A DNA stretch of 63,478 bases, filler included, from Deltaproteobacteria bacterium (GCA_016218805.1; 4 parts of 4 records of this genome joined end to end with filler, not necessarily neighbours in it), one strand, 5' to 3'. Positions 53,653 to 63,448 are shown, numbered from the whole stretch's first letter. Translations and numbers: made by a program. The notes: generated from the letters alone by a model not told the origin.

Positions 53653-54963
53653 ATGGACATCCAACCGGCATGGCTGGACGCCGCCCGGGCCACGCTGGCC
53701 AACCCGTTTGTGTCCACACCGGACGCGGCGGACCCGTGGCGCGCGCTGGAGGGCGTGGATGCCGAGGCCGTGGCGGCCACGCTGGTGGACAACCACCGCG
53801 CGGACGACGCGGAGGCGGTGCTGCTGGCACTGGGCGTGCGGCAGGCCCGCCGGCACGAGTCCCCGTCCATGGTGCTGGCGGAGGAGTCCCTGGCGCACCA
53901 CCCGTCCCTGGCGCGCCTGCCGCGCCCGCGCTCCGCGTGGGTGCGCGTGGCCTGTGCCGCCGCGCGCTGCGAGCGCACGCTGGCGACGATGCACGGCGGG
54001 TCCGCGGCCATGCGCGCGCTCAAGGAGCGCGTGTGGGGCGTGTCGTTTGGCGCATCATTGCGGCATGCGCTGGTGTTGGAGCAGGTGATTCGTGACCACG
54101 ACGTCCTCATTGTGGGTGAGACGGGCACGGGCAAGGAGATGGTGGCCCAGGCGCTGCTGGACGCACTGCCGGGCCCGTCCGACGGGGGCGCGGCCCCGCG
54201 CAACATGGTGAACGCCGCCGCGCTGCCGGAGACGCTGGTGGAGGGGGAGCTGTTTGGCCACGTGCGCGGCGCATACACCGGCGCCAATGAAAGCCGCGCC
54301 GGCCGCATCCGCTCCGCCGACGGCGGCGGCTTCTTCCTGGACGAGGTGGGCGACCTCCCGCTGTCCACGCAGTCCAAGCTGTTGCGCGTGCTGGAGCTGG
54401 ACGAGGTGGCGCCGCTGGGCAGCGACCGCACCTTCACGGTGGACGTGCGCTTCATTGCGGCCACCCACCGGGACCTGGCGGACATGGTGCGCGCCAACCA
54501 GTTCCGCCGTGACCTCTACGAGCGCCTGGCCGGCTGCACCATCCACGTCCCCCCGCTGCGCGACCGCCCCGAGGACATCCCGGAGATCGGCATGCACTTT
54601 GTCCGCGAGGTGATGAACCACCCGTCCCTGGCGCCGGAGCTGGCGCGCGTGGCGGAGTGGCTGGCCGGCGCGGAAGCCCGGTCCCGCGCGTGGCGCGGCA
54701 ACGTGCGCGCGCTGCACAACACGCTGCGCAACATGATGCTGGGCCTGCCGCCGGAACCGGAGCCCGGGACCACGTCCGCGCAGGCGGACACCACCGGCCT
54801 GCCGCGCGCCATTGCGGACGCCAGCGCGCCGCTGTCGCTGGTGGAGGACTGGTACATTGGCACGGTGCTGGCCAAGGTGGCGGGCAACCAGAGCGAGGCC
54901 GCGCGCGTGCTGGGCGTCAACCGCTCCACGCTGCAGCGGCGGTCCCAGCGCCCCCGGCCCTGA
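53653..54963 (+). CDS. Sigma54-dependent transcriptional activator (AAA+ and Fis HTH) with an unrecognised N-terminal domain
   Basis: GETGTGKE, ELFGHVRGAYTGA, FLDEVG, FRRDLYERL, W.GNVR.L and GNQSEAARVLGVNRSTL. Confidence 0.92.
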   Translation: MDIQPAWLDAARATLANPFVSTPDAADPWRALEGVDAEAVAATLVDNHRADDAEAVLLALGVRQARRHESPSMVLAEESLAHHPSLARLPRPRSAWVRVACAAARCERTLATMHGGSAAMRALKERVWGVSFGASLRHALVLEQVIRDHDVLIVGETGTGKEMVAQALLDALPGPSDGGAAPRNMVNAAALPETLVEGELFGHVRGAYTGANESRAGRIRSADGGGFFLDEVGDLPLSTQSKLLRVLELDEVAPLGSDRTFTVDVRFIAATHRDLADMVRANQFRRDLYERLAGCTIHVPPLRDRPEDIPEIGMHFVREVMNHPSLAPELARVAEWLAGAEARSRAWRGNVRALHNTLRNMMLGLPPEPEPGTTSAQADTTGLPRAIADASAPLSLVEDWYIGTVLAKVAGNQSEAARVLGVNRSTLQRRSQRPRP

Positions 54964-54969
54964 AGCGCC

Positions 54970-55917
54970 TCAGGGCGCCGCCCCAGCACACACCTTGTCC
55001 ACCCGCAGGCGGTCCACCACGCGGTCCGCCACGTCACGGAACTCAAACTCCACGCCGGTTTCCGTGGCCGTCACCTGCATGGCCCCGTGCGTGGCGTTGT
55101 AGCGGAACTGGCTCTCCGGGACGGCGGTGGCGCGGAACTCGTAGCGGTCCGCCCCGCCCAGCCCGTCCACAAAGTACGGAATCCCGTCCGCCGCCAGGCG
55201 TTCATAGGTGTGGTCATGCCCGGCAAACACGGCGTCCGCCCCCCAGGCCTGGAACGGCCAGCGCATGTGTTCACTGCTGCCGTGGGCGGAGGACGAGAAC
55301 GGCGGGTGGTGCACGAACACGAACTTGAAGCACGCCGTGGACGCGGCCAGCCGCTCCATGAGCCAGCGCCCCTGGCGGGACTCGGCGGTGTTCCCGTCGG
55401 GCTCGTGCTTGTCGCTGTCCACAATGAACAGGTGCACCAGGCCGCGCGGCACCTCGTAGTAACGCTCATTGCCCGGCAGCGTGAAGTAGTCCGTGTACGG
55501 GCTGAGCCCTGAGGGCAACGACCAGTCATGGTTGCCCGGCGCCGGCCAAAACCGGTTGTCCTCCGCCCCCTTGCCGTGGCTGCCGCGGTAGTTGCCGATG
55601 AAGGACGCGTAGTGCTTGCCAATGTTGTCGTCGATGGTGAGCGCCAGGCCAAAGTTGTAGTTGTTGTCCCCGGTGGTGACGACGAACTCCGGGTCCCACC
55701 CCTTGACCAGCGCCGCCACATCCGCCTCCGCCTGCGAGTCATTCCCGTAGTCGCCAATGACGGCAAAGCGCACCGCCCCCGGTGGCGTGGCGGCGGGCGC
55801 TGGCGCCGGCTGCGGGGAGACGGGCGTGGTGTTGCGGCCGGTGACGGGCTGGCAGGTGGCCCCCAGCAGGGGCAGGAGCGCCATCAGCGCGGGGAGCAGG
55901 AGCAGGGGGCGGGACAC
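54970..55917 (-). CDS. Calcineurin-like metallophosphoesterase (purple acid phosphatase-like), secreted or lipoprotein
   Basis: Motifs IGDYG, GDNNY, PGNHDW, HHPP and GHDHTYER. Start approximate (GTG 55917). Confidence 0.88.
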   Translation of the reverse strand: MSRPLLLLPALMALLPLLGATCQPVTGRNTTPVSPQPAPAPAATPPGAVRFAVIGDYGNDSQAEADVAALVKGWDPEFVVTTGDNNYNFGLALTIDDNIGKHYASFIGNYRGSHGKGAEDNRFWPAPGNHDWSLPSGLSPYTDYFTLPGNERYYEVPRGLVHLFIVDSDKHEPDGNTAESRQGRWLMERLAASTACFKFVFVHHPPFSSSAHGSSEHMRWPFQAWGADAVFAGHDHTYERLAADGIPYFVDGLGGADRYEFRATAVPESQFRYNATHGAMQVTATETGVEFEFRDVADRVVDRLRVDKVCAGAAP

Positions 55918-55986
55918 GGGGCGTGTGATAGCCGTCGGGGCCGGCGCTTTCCAACGCGCTGGAAACCCCGTAGAGGAGGCGCCCCG

Positions 55987-56550
55987 ATGACCGCCGTGAC
56001 GTCCGACCGTCCTCCCGGGCTCCGCGCCTTTCTCGTCGTCAACGCCGCCCTGTCGGCGGTGGCGTTCACCGTGCTGGTCTGGATTCTGTGGGTCCGCCCG
56101 CGGGCCGGCGGCACCGCCAGCGTGGACCTCACCTTCCTGCCCGCCGTGAACGCCGCGCTCAACGCCAGCGCCTCCGTGCTGCTGTGCACCGGGGTGGTGT
56201 TCATCCGGAAGGGCCGGCGCGCCGCGCACCGCGCGTGCATGCTGGCCGCACTGTGCTGCTCCGCGCTGTTCCTGCTGGGTTACCTGGCCTACCACTACAT
56301 CCACGGCGACACGAAGTACGCCGGCGACGGCGTGGTGCGTACCGTCTACCTGGTCATCCTGGCCAGCCACGTGATCCTGTCCACGGTGTTGCTGCCACTG
56401 GTGCTGACCACGCTGTACTTTGCGCTGTCTGAGACCTTTCCGCGCCACCGCCGGCTGGCGCGGGTGACCTTCCCCACCTGGCTGTACGTGTCCGTCACCG
56501 GCGTTGTCATCTTCTTCATGCTGCGCGGTTCCGCGCCCTCCATGCCCTGA
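55987..56550 (+). CDS. DUF420 family membrane protein
   Basis: GAGGAGG RBS; LPAVNAALN, HRACM, FLLGYL.YH, ILASHVIL and HRRLAR.TFP.WLYVSVTG. Confidence 0.9.
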   Translation: MTAVTSDRPPGLRAFLVVNAALSAVAFTVLVWILWVRPRAGGTASVDLTFLPAVNAALNASASVLLCTGVVFIRKGRRAAHRACMLAALCCSALFLLGYLAYHYIHGDTKYAGDGVVRTVYLVILASHVILSTVLLPLVLTTLYFALSETFPRHRRLARVTFPTWLYVSVTGVVIFFMLRGSAPSMP

Positions 56551-56565
56551 AAGCCCCGGTTCCCC

Positions 56566-57534
56566 ATGCGCCTGTCACGCCTGCTGCCCGCCCTCCCCCT
56601 TGGCCTCCTCCTTGTCACGCTGCCACCCGCCGCCTGCTCCAGCGGCGGCGGTGAGGACGCCGGCAGCAGTTCCGGGAGCCCGGACGCCGGCGGGGGGTCC
56701 ACCTTCTGCGGCGCTGACAGTGACTGCGCCACCGGCTCCCGGTGCCGCGGCGGCGTGTGCGCCGCCAGCGAATGCGCCACCCGCGAGGACTGCCTGGCGC
56801 CACTCATCTGCGCCGACGCCGAGTGCGTGAACGCCGCGCCCGACGGTGCGTGCGCCGGCACGGAGGATTGCCCGGTGCCCTACCTGTGTGACGGGTTCAG
56901 CCGGCGCTGCTTCAACCCCACCACCGGCGAGTTTCTCGGCGGGTCGTCGTCCTCCTCGTCCTCCACGGGAGGCTCCTCCGGCACCACCACCAGCTCGTCC
57001 CAGGGCGGCTCGTCGTCGTCCTCGTCGTCCGGCGGGTCCGGGGCGCCCTACAACCTGGGCGGCTGGCGCCTGGACAATGTGGAGGCCACCGGGGGCGGGA
57101 CGCTGGTCATCCCGTCCGGCACGCAGGTGCCCCGCGGCGGGATGCTGGTCATTGCGCGGGATTGCAGCCGCACCGCGTTTGAAGGTCATTGGGGCGTGAC
57201 GCTGGACAGCAACGTGGTGTTCCTCAACGCGGGCGGCCCCACGGAGGGCGTGCCCATCATCAATGGTGGGGAAAAGTACTCGCTGTACGACGCGCAGAAC
57301 CACCGCAAGGACGGCCCCACCATGGAGGGCAGCACCGGCAAGAGCTTCCGGCGCATCCACCCGGGCTCGCCCGGCAGCACCTCCAGCTGGACGGTGGACA
57401 ACACGGACACCGCCACCCCCGGCGCCACCGAGCTGGCCACCACGGACACCGGCGTGTTCATCACGGAGTGGGCGGACGCGTCCGGCGGCGGCAACTACGT
57501 CTACGAGTTCATTGAGCTGTTTGTGAACCCCTGA
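56566..57534 (+). CDS. Lipoprotein with Cys-rich module, Ser/Gly linker and lamin-tail-like domain
   Basis: AAC lipobox, C..D.DC repeats, NLGGWRL...IPSGTQVP.GG.LVIAR, TPG and terminal VFITE...EFIEL. Confidence 0.72.
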   Translation: MRLSRLLPALPLGLLLVTLPPAACSSGGGEDAGSSSGSPDAGGGSTFCGADSDCATGSRCRGGVCAASECATREDCLAPLICADAECVNAAPDGACAGTEDCPVPYLCDGFSRRCFNPTTGEFLGGSSSSSSSTGGSSGTTTSSSQGGSSSSSSSGGSGAPYNLGGWRLDNVEATGGGTLVIPSGTQVPRGGMLVIARDCSRTAFEGHWGVTLDSNVVFLNAGGPTEGVPIINGGEKYSLYDAQNHRKDGPTMEGSTGKSFRRIHPGSPGSTSSWTVDNTDTATPGATELATTDTGVFITEWADASGGGNYVYEFIELFVNP

Positions 57535-58619
57535 AGCTGGGCCCGCGCGCGCAGCATGAACCGCTCCAGGTTCAGGCGCGCGTTGGCACCCGGCCGCGTG
57601 AGCTCCCCGCGCAGCTCCAGCGCGCCCGCCGCCACCTCAGCCAACAGCCGGGCCCGCAGCGCCACCGCGCCGTCCGTGCGCGCGGCCGGAACCGCCTCCT
57701 CCGCCCGCCGCAGCGCCAGGCGCGCCAGCGCGCGCACCAGCCGGTCCAGCGCATCGCGGTCCTTCTCCAGCGCCTCCGCGCGGGACAGCAGCTCAGAGGG
57801 CGTGGCGCGCTCCAGGTCAGCCAGCCACGCCCCCGCCGCCTCCCACGTCTCCCCCGCCTCCGCCGCCTCCCCCAGCAGCGCGCGGCCCATGCTGCCCTCC
57901 GCCTCCCGCGCCACCGCCAGCGCCTGTTCAAACGGCAACGCGCGCCGCGCCACCAGCAGCCGCGCCAGCAGCTCCTCCGGCAACGGGCTGAACGCCACGC
58001 GCTGGCAGCGGCTGCGCAGCGTCTCCAGGACGGCGCCCCGGTCAGGGGCGCACAGCACCAGCAGGGACCGCGGCAGCGGCTCCTCCAGCGTCTTGAGCAG
58101 CGCGTTGGCCGCCTCCACCCGCAGCCGCTCCGCCAGCGGCAGGATGGCCACGCGCCACCCGCCCTCAAACGCCGTCATCCGCAGGTCATCCCGCAACTGC
58201 CGTACCTGTTCCACCTTGATGTCCTGGGAGGGCTTGCGGTCTTCGTCCCACGCCAGCGTGCCGCGGCGCACCGCCTCCGCCTCCGGAATGCACACGTGCA
58301 CGTCCGGGTGCAGCCCGCGGTCCACCCGCGCGCACGCGCCGCAGCCGCCACACACCTCATGCGGCGCCATCCCCGGCGTGCGCCCCGTGCACAGCAGCGC
58401 CGCCGCCAGCCGCCGCGCCACCAGTTCACGCCCCACCCCGTGCGGACCCACAAACAGGTAGGCGTGGCTCACCCGGTCATGCCCGAGCGCCGCCTGCAGG
58501 ATGCGCACCGCCCCGGCCTGCCCCTCCACACCCTGGAACGCACTCCCCCGCCCCAGCGCCGTGCCCGTCTCCGGGCGCGCCACCACCTCCTCCGCCGCTG
58601 CCGCCTTCCGTGCCGCCAT
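57501..58619 (-). CDS. holB: DNA polymerase III subunit delta'
   Basis: AGGAGG RBS; HAYLFVGPHGVGR, CGGCGAC, HPDV, IKVEQVR, AANALLKTLEEP and TLRSRCQ. Overlaps the convergent gene by 34 nt. Confidence 0.92.
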   Translation of the reverse strand: MAARKAAAAEEVVARPETGTALGRGSAFQGVEGQAGAVRILQAALGHDRVSHAYLFVGPHGVGRELVARRLAAALLCTGRTPGMAPHEVCGGCGACARVDRGLHPDVHVCIPEAEAVRRGTLAWDEDRKPSQDIKVEQVRQLRDDLRMTAFEGGWRVAILPLAERLRVEAANALLKTLEEPLPRSLLVLCAPDRGAVLETLRSRCQRVAFSPLPEELLARLLVARRALPFEQALAVAREAEGSMGRALLGEAAEAGETWEAAGAWLADLERATPSELLSRAEALEKDRDALDRLVRALARLALRRAEEAVPAARTDGAVALRARLLAEVAAGALELRGELTRPGANARLNLERFMLRARAQLQGFTNSSMNS

Positions 58620-58943
58620 GCCGCACCTCCTAGCCCATCCGCCCCATCCCGGGCATCTCCCGCCGACGGGGCCCCCCGCCGTGCTGCGATTCCGTCGCAA
58701 CAAGATCGTCTTTCCCGTCGGAACCGGCCCTCTCCGACGGGGGAATGGGTCATGTTGCGACATATTTGCAGCAAGGATCACCGCGTCTCCGTCGTGGGCG
58801 GGCGAATTTCCGACGAGGCTGATGCAGAAAACCGTTGGCAAGCGGATCGTCATCGTCTATAGAACGCGCACTGCACGCCGACACAACGTCGGCATTCGGA
58901 CTGGTTGAACACACTCAACCGACGACACGAAGGGAGAGGGCAA

Positions 58944-58961
58944 ATGGCTGAGAAGGTTGCC
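58944..58961 (+). CDS. Probable gene start (MAEKVA...), truncated by gap
   Basis: GGGAGAGGG purine tract just upstream of the ATG; divergent from holB. Confidence 0.35.
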
Positions 58962-59061
58962 NNNNNNNNNNNNNNNNNNNNNNNNNNNNNNNNNNNNNNN
59001 NNNNNTTAATTAATTAANNNNNNNNNNNNNNNNNNNNNNNNNNNNNNNNNNNNNNNNNNNN
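58962..59061. other. Artificial contig linker
   Basis: N-run with central TTAATTAATTAA. Confidence 0.97.
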
Positions 59062-59334
59062 CGCACCAACCTGCGCCGCCTCGCCAACACGCCGATGGTC
59101 CAGGCCCTCTTTGACGTGTTCCGCACAGGTCTGGCACCACCCAGAATCATCCTGACCGCTCCGCCCTGACGGTCAGAAGCGCCACGACCACACGCCGCCG
59201 GATCTGCATCCCGTGCCAACAGGAGTGGACCCCCCAACCACGGGCCCGCTCCCAGCCTCCATTGGACACATCGCCGCGCCGCATTTCGATCCAGGCAAGC
59301 CCGGAGCCGACGGGGCCGCTAATCAAGTACGTCC
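59062..59334 (+). mobile_element. Putative right end of an unclassified mobile element (ORF tail to 59169 plus non-coding end)
   Basis: RTNLRRLANTPMVQALFDVFRTGLAPPRIILTAPP* followed by about 160 non-coding nt abutting a decapitated ALDH. The terminal 15-mer recurs at 37735-37749 near another contig break. Confidence 0.45.
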
Positions 59335-60375
59335 GGGGCCTGGCTGGGGAGGCTGTGCGCGGAGACCTTCCCGGAAGGCGTCGTGCAGACGGTGCTCGGC
59401 GCGGGTGACGTCGGTGCCGCGCTCATTGACAGCGGGATTGACGCGGTGGTGTTCACCGGCAGCGTGATCACCGGCCGCAAAGTGTACGAAGAGGCCGCGC
59501 GCCGGCTCATCCCGTGCTCAGCGGAACTGGGCGGGAAGGACGCGGCCATCGTGCTGGCGGACTGTGACTTCGACCGCACGGTGGCGGGCGTGGTGCACTG
59601 GGCGCTGCACAACGCGGGGCAGAACTGCGCGGCGGTGGAGCGCGTGTACGTGGAGGACGCCATTGCAGACCGGTTTGTGGAGCGGCTGGGGAAGGTGGTC
59701 TCCGGGCTGCGGGTGGCGCCGCAGCCGGGCGGGCATTCAGACCTGGGGCCCATCCAGAACGCGGCGCAGCTGCGCATTGTGGAGGCGCACGTGGCGGACG
59801 CGCTGGAGAAGGGGGCGCGCCTGGTGTGCGGCGGCAAGCGCACCGGCCGCGGGCTGGGCTACGCGCCCACGGTGCTGGACGGCTGCAGCGAGCAGATGCG
59901 CGTGGTGTCCGAGGAGACCTTTGGCCCGGTGCTGGCGGTGGTGCGGGTGAAGGACGCGGAGGAGGCCGTGCGGCGCGCCAACGACACCCGCTACGGGCTC
60001 AATGGCAGCGTGTGGACGCGCAACCTGGAGCGCGGCAAGGAGTTGGCGCGCCGGCTGGAGGTGGGCGTGGCGCTGGTCAACAACCACGCGGTCACCGGCG
60101 TGATGCCGGAGACGCCGTGGACCGGCACGCGGGACACCGGCCACGGCGTGGCATCCAGCAAGCACGCGTACCACACGTTCGTGCGGCGCCGGACGCTGCT
60201 GGTGGACAGCGGCCATGACCCGGACCCGTTCTGGATGCCCGCCAATGACGACCTGCAGGCGTTTGGCGAGGCGGTGGTGAACATGTCGCTGGGGTCGCTG
60301 GGAGCCACCGTGTCCCTGCTGGGGATCATCAAGCGGCGCATCCGCGCCATCCGCGCGCTGGTGTCGGGTGTTTGA
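59332..60375 (+). pseudogene. Aldehyde dehydrogenase lacking its N-terminal part
   Basis: FTGS, ELGGKD, NAGQNC and EETFGP are present. Homologous-looking sequence extends upstream only to SGAWLGRLCAETFPEGVV, with in-frame TAA at 59320. The PWN and KPSE motifs are missing. Confidence 0.82.
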
Positions 60376-60380
60376 CGTTC

Positions 60381-62135
60381 TTACTCGGCGCCCAACCAGC
60401 TCTTGCGCAGCAGCACCTCCTGGGCGGAGGCGTTCTCGCGGCGGCGGACGTACGCCGCCGTGGCGGGCTGTTCGCCCAGTTCCACGCGCACGCAGCGCAG
60501 CTCATCGCGGCGGAAGAAGTGCAGCTCGGCCACCTGCCCGGGGCGCGCGTCATCCAGGCGCCCCGCCAGCCCGCCGTCATTGACGCGGTAGCCGCCCAGG
60601 GCCACCAGCTGGTCCCCGGGGGCCAGGCCCGCGCGCAGCGCCGGGCTGCCGGTCAGCACCGCCTGCACCACGCCGTCCTTCTTCACCGTGGCGCCCAGCC
60701 AGGCGCGCGTGACAGGCGTGCCCTTGCCCGCGGTGCCGCCCTTGTCGTCGGGGCCCTCCGTCGGGCGGGCCACCAGCTCCAGGCCCACCCAGGCCAGGCT
60801 CTCCGCCAGCGGCAGCTCCTCGGTGGAGCGCACCGCGCGGTCAAAGAACGCCTTGAGGTCGCGCCCGGCCACCTCCGCCGCGGCGGCTTCCACCGCGCCC
60901 TCGTCCAGGCCTTCGCCGCGCTCCTGGGTCCACTTCCACAGCAGGCGCATGACGTCATCCAGCGACCGCGTGCCGCCCGTCTCCCGCCGGATGAGCAGGT
61001 CCAGGCACAGCGCCACCAGTTCACCCTTGAGGTAGTAGCTGACGGTGCTGTTCACCGTGTGCTCGTCCTGCCGGTAGAACTTGATCCACGCGTCCAGGCT
61101 GGCGTCCTCCAGCGGGTGCACCAGGCGCCCCGGCGTCTGCCACAGCTGCGTGATGAGTTCGCCTTCGGCGGCCAGGTAGCGGTCCGCCGTCATCAGCCCC
61201 GCGCGGCGCGTGTTGAGATTGTCGTAATAGGAGGTGATTCCCTCAAACGCCCACAACGTGCGCGTGGGGTTCTCGCGGTCATACCGGTAGGGCGCAAACG
61301 GGCGCGGCTTGATGCGCTTCACGTTCCAGGTGTGGAAGTGCTCGTGGCACGCCAGCGTCGTGTAGCTTTCGTATTCCTTGTCCGGCCGGAACGCGAAGCG
61401 CGGGTACACCAGCGCCGTGGAGTCACGGTGCTCCAGGCCGCCGCGTGCGTTGTCCGTCAGGTGCGTGATGAACAGGTAGCGCTTGTACGGGAGCCCGCCA
61501 AAAACCTTCGCATTCTCCTCCACCAGCTTGGCCAGGTCCGCCACCAGGCGCGCCTCGTCTTCGTTGCCACGGTTCCACAGCGCCAGCTCGTGCGGAATGC
61601 CGCGCACCTCAAACGTGAGCAGCCGGTGCGTGCCCATCTCCACGGGGCAGTCACACAGGTGGTGGAAATCATGCGCGGCAAACGTCCCGTCATGCCGGGC
61701 GGGAAGCGTGGTGGAGATCCGCCAGCCGTCCGGCGCGTGGATGGCCAGCGTACACGGGCGCGCTTCCAGGCCGTCCGGCAGCAGGAACAGGTTCACGCCG
61801 TTGAAGAACCCGTGCGTGTCGTCAAGATGCGCGGTGCGCACGGTGAGTTCGTGCGCGTAGACGCGGTAGGACAGCGTGAGCGAGCCAGCGCGCGGCGCAC
61901 GGATTTCCCAGTTGTGCGGGTCCAGCTTGGTGGCCGTGGCGGGTTCCCCGCCCACGTGCGCGCGCAGTTCCTCCAGCTGGCGGCCGTGTTCGCGCAGCAG
62001 GTAGCTGCCAGGGGTCCAGCGCGGAAAGGACAGCTTGGTGACCGCGGCGGCGTCAGGAACGGTGAGCGTGACGTGGAAATGGTGGGTGCGCGGGTCCGGG
62101 ACATCCACGGTGTAATGCAGCGGCTCAACCGACAT
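60381..62135 (-). CDS. M61 family (glycyl aminopeptidase-like) metallopeptidase with PDZ domain
   Basis: GGAGGAG RBS; WTPGSY, GGLEH, HEHFHTWNVKRI, WAFEGITSYY, SYYLKG and PDZ GSPALRAGL.PGD. Confidence 0.93.
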   Translation of the reverse strand: MSVEPLHYTVDVPDPRTHHFHVTLTVPDAAAVTKLSFPRWTPGSYLLREHGRQLEELRAHVGGEPATATKLDPHNWEIRAPRAGSLTLSYRVYAHELTVRTAHLDDTHGFFNGVNLFLLPDGLEARPCTLAIHAPDGWRISTTLPARHDGTFAAHDFHHLCDCPVEMGTHRLLTFEVRGIPHELALWNRGNEDEARLVADLAKLVEENAKVFGGLPYKRYLFITHLTDNARGGLEHRDSTALVYPRFAFRPDKEYESYTTLACHEHFHTWNVKRIKPRPFAPYRYDRENPTRTLWAFEGITSYYDNLNTRRAGLMTADRYLAAEGELITQLWQTPGRLVHPLEDASLDAWIKFYRQDEHTVNSTVSYYLKGELVALCLDLLIRRETGGTRSLDDVMRLLWKWTQERGEGLDEGAVEAAAAEVAGRDLKAFFDRAVRSTEELPLAESLAWVGLELVARPTEGPDDKGGTAGKGTPVTRAWLGATVKKDGVVQAVLTGSPALRAGLAPGDQLVALGGYRVNDGGLAGRLDDARPGQVAELHFFRRDELRCVRVELGEQPATAAYVRRRENASAQEVLLRKSWLGAE

Positions 62136-62269
62136 GGGAACTCCTCCGTCGCGGGGAGCGCATGCCTACGGCGCTGAGCGCGCGCGGATCAAGGTCCGCC
62201 TCCTCGGAGGGGCGCCCGGCAACGGTGGCGCCTGCAGCCGGACGGAGAACTCGCAGCCAGCGCCTGCCC

Positions 62270-62429
62270 GGCCGACAGGAACCCGGTGGCGGGATCGCCG
62301 AGGAATGCGGCGTATTCGGCGTGGTCACCCCGCAGCGCCGCCGCGTTGTGGTTCACCACCACCGCGCCACGGCGCATCTTTCGGGGCGACAACCTTCAGG
62401 ACGGGCAACGCATACCGGGGGAAGTCCAC
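62270..62429 (-). pseudogene. Possible degenerate O-methyltransferase C-terminal remnant
   Basis: VDFPRYALPVLKVVAPK / (frameshift) MRRGAVVVNHN...DHAEYAAFLGDPATGFLS resembles the LPVL....LRPGA.VV.DN...Y...VRDPANGF.S tail of O-methyltransferases. Confidence 0.4.
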
Positions 62430-62479
62430 CGCCCCACCAGGTTAGCAAGCGAATCCACGGCATTCCCCTCGCGCGTGCG

Positions 62480-63094
62480 TCACACCGGCTGAGGGTCCGC
62501 GTGATGGCCGTGATCCGAGGTGCCCAGATCCAGCGTGGCGTACGCATCCACCACGGAGCCGTGGTACGCGAGCAACATGGCCGCATAGGACAACACCGCA
62601 AGCTGGAAGCGGTGCAGCCAGGGCGGGACCTTCTGGGACCACAACACCAGCACCAGGCTCATCACCCAGAGGGCTGCGGCGGGTACGGAGATCACGCACA
62701 GGATCAGCAGCGCGGGCACTGACTGCGCCCATCGCAGCAGCGCCGACGACGGCGTGGGGACACCGCCGGGCTTCACCTCCAGGGTGATGTTCTCCGCGTA
62801 GTGTTCGTCTGGCGGCCGGTCCGTCAGCTGCAGCAGGTACGCGAGCGCCGCCACCACCCAGCGCAGCAGCTTCACCACGCGCGGCCCCTCCTGGGTCACG
62901 TACGCACCACCGCCCAGGGCCGAGGTCTGGACCGCCGCAAAGACCGGCAATGCGAGAAACAGCAACATGAAGGCGCCCCCAACTGAGAGCCCGCAGAGCC
63001 CAACCAGGACGAGAAACAGGACCCGGATGCCGACATCTGCTCGCGTCAACCGCGCGGGCTGCGCCACCATCAAGGACACGGGATGAACTGCCAT
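62480..63094 (-). CDS. DUF4389-like membrane protein
   Basis: GGAGG RBS, HPVSL.V..PARLTR...IR, and two hydrophobic repeats ending AYLLQLTDRPP and VPPWLHRFQLAVLSY...AY. Confidence 0.7.
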   Translation of the reverse strand: MAVHPVSLMVAQPARLTRADVGIRVLFLVLVGLCGLSVGGAFMLLFLALPVFAAVQTSALGGGAYVTQEGPRVVKLLRWVVAALAYLLQLTDRPPDEHYAENITLEVKPGGVPTPSSALLRWAQSVPALLILCVISVPAAALWVMSLVLVLWSQKVPPWLHRFQLAVLSYAAMLLAYHGSVVDAYATLDLGTSDHGHHADPQPV

Positions 63095-63448
63095 GGGTCA
63101 CCTCCAGGGCCTGAAAGTGCATCGCCTATGCCCGGCTCCGGCGGTGTGAGGCGCAGCGGTCACCGCCAAGCCAGGGGCGCACCCTGGGCAGACACGGATC
63201 GGACCAATGCCGTACCCGCCCAACCGGCACCCTGCTGCAACGCAGCGCGCAACGCCCCTCCACGTCGGGAGGCCGCGTCTGGACACCGCCGTGACCAGGT
63301 GGGCTTTCATCCCACACCCTGATCAGGCCGCGCACGCCTTGCGCAAAGCAACGCATCGGAAGAATGGTCGATATTCGAGAGCGTCCTCGGGCTGCGGCAC
63401 GGTGCCACGGACCCGGAAACCTCGAAACAGACCAGGGAGGAAACACAG

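Noticed and set aside
63095..63448. Short ORFs between the DUF4389-like gene and the window end
   Set aside because: No motifs, RBS or consistent codon bias. More likely a divergent promoter region or degraded sequence.
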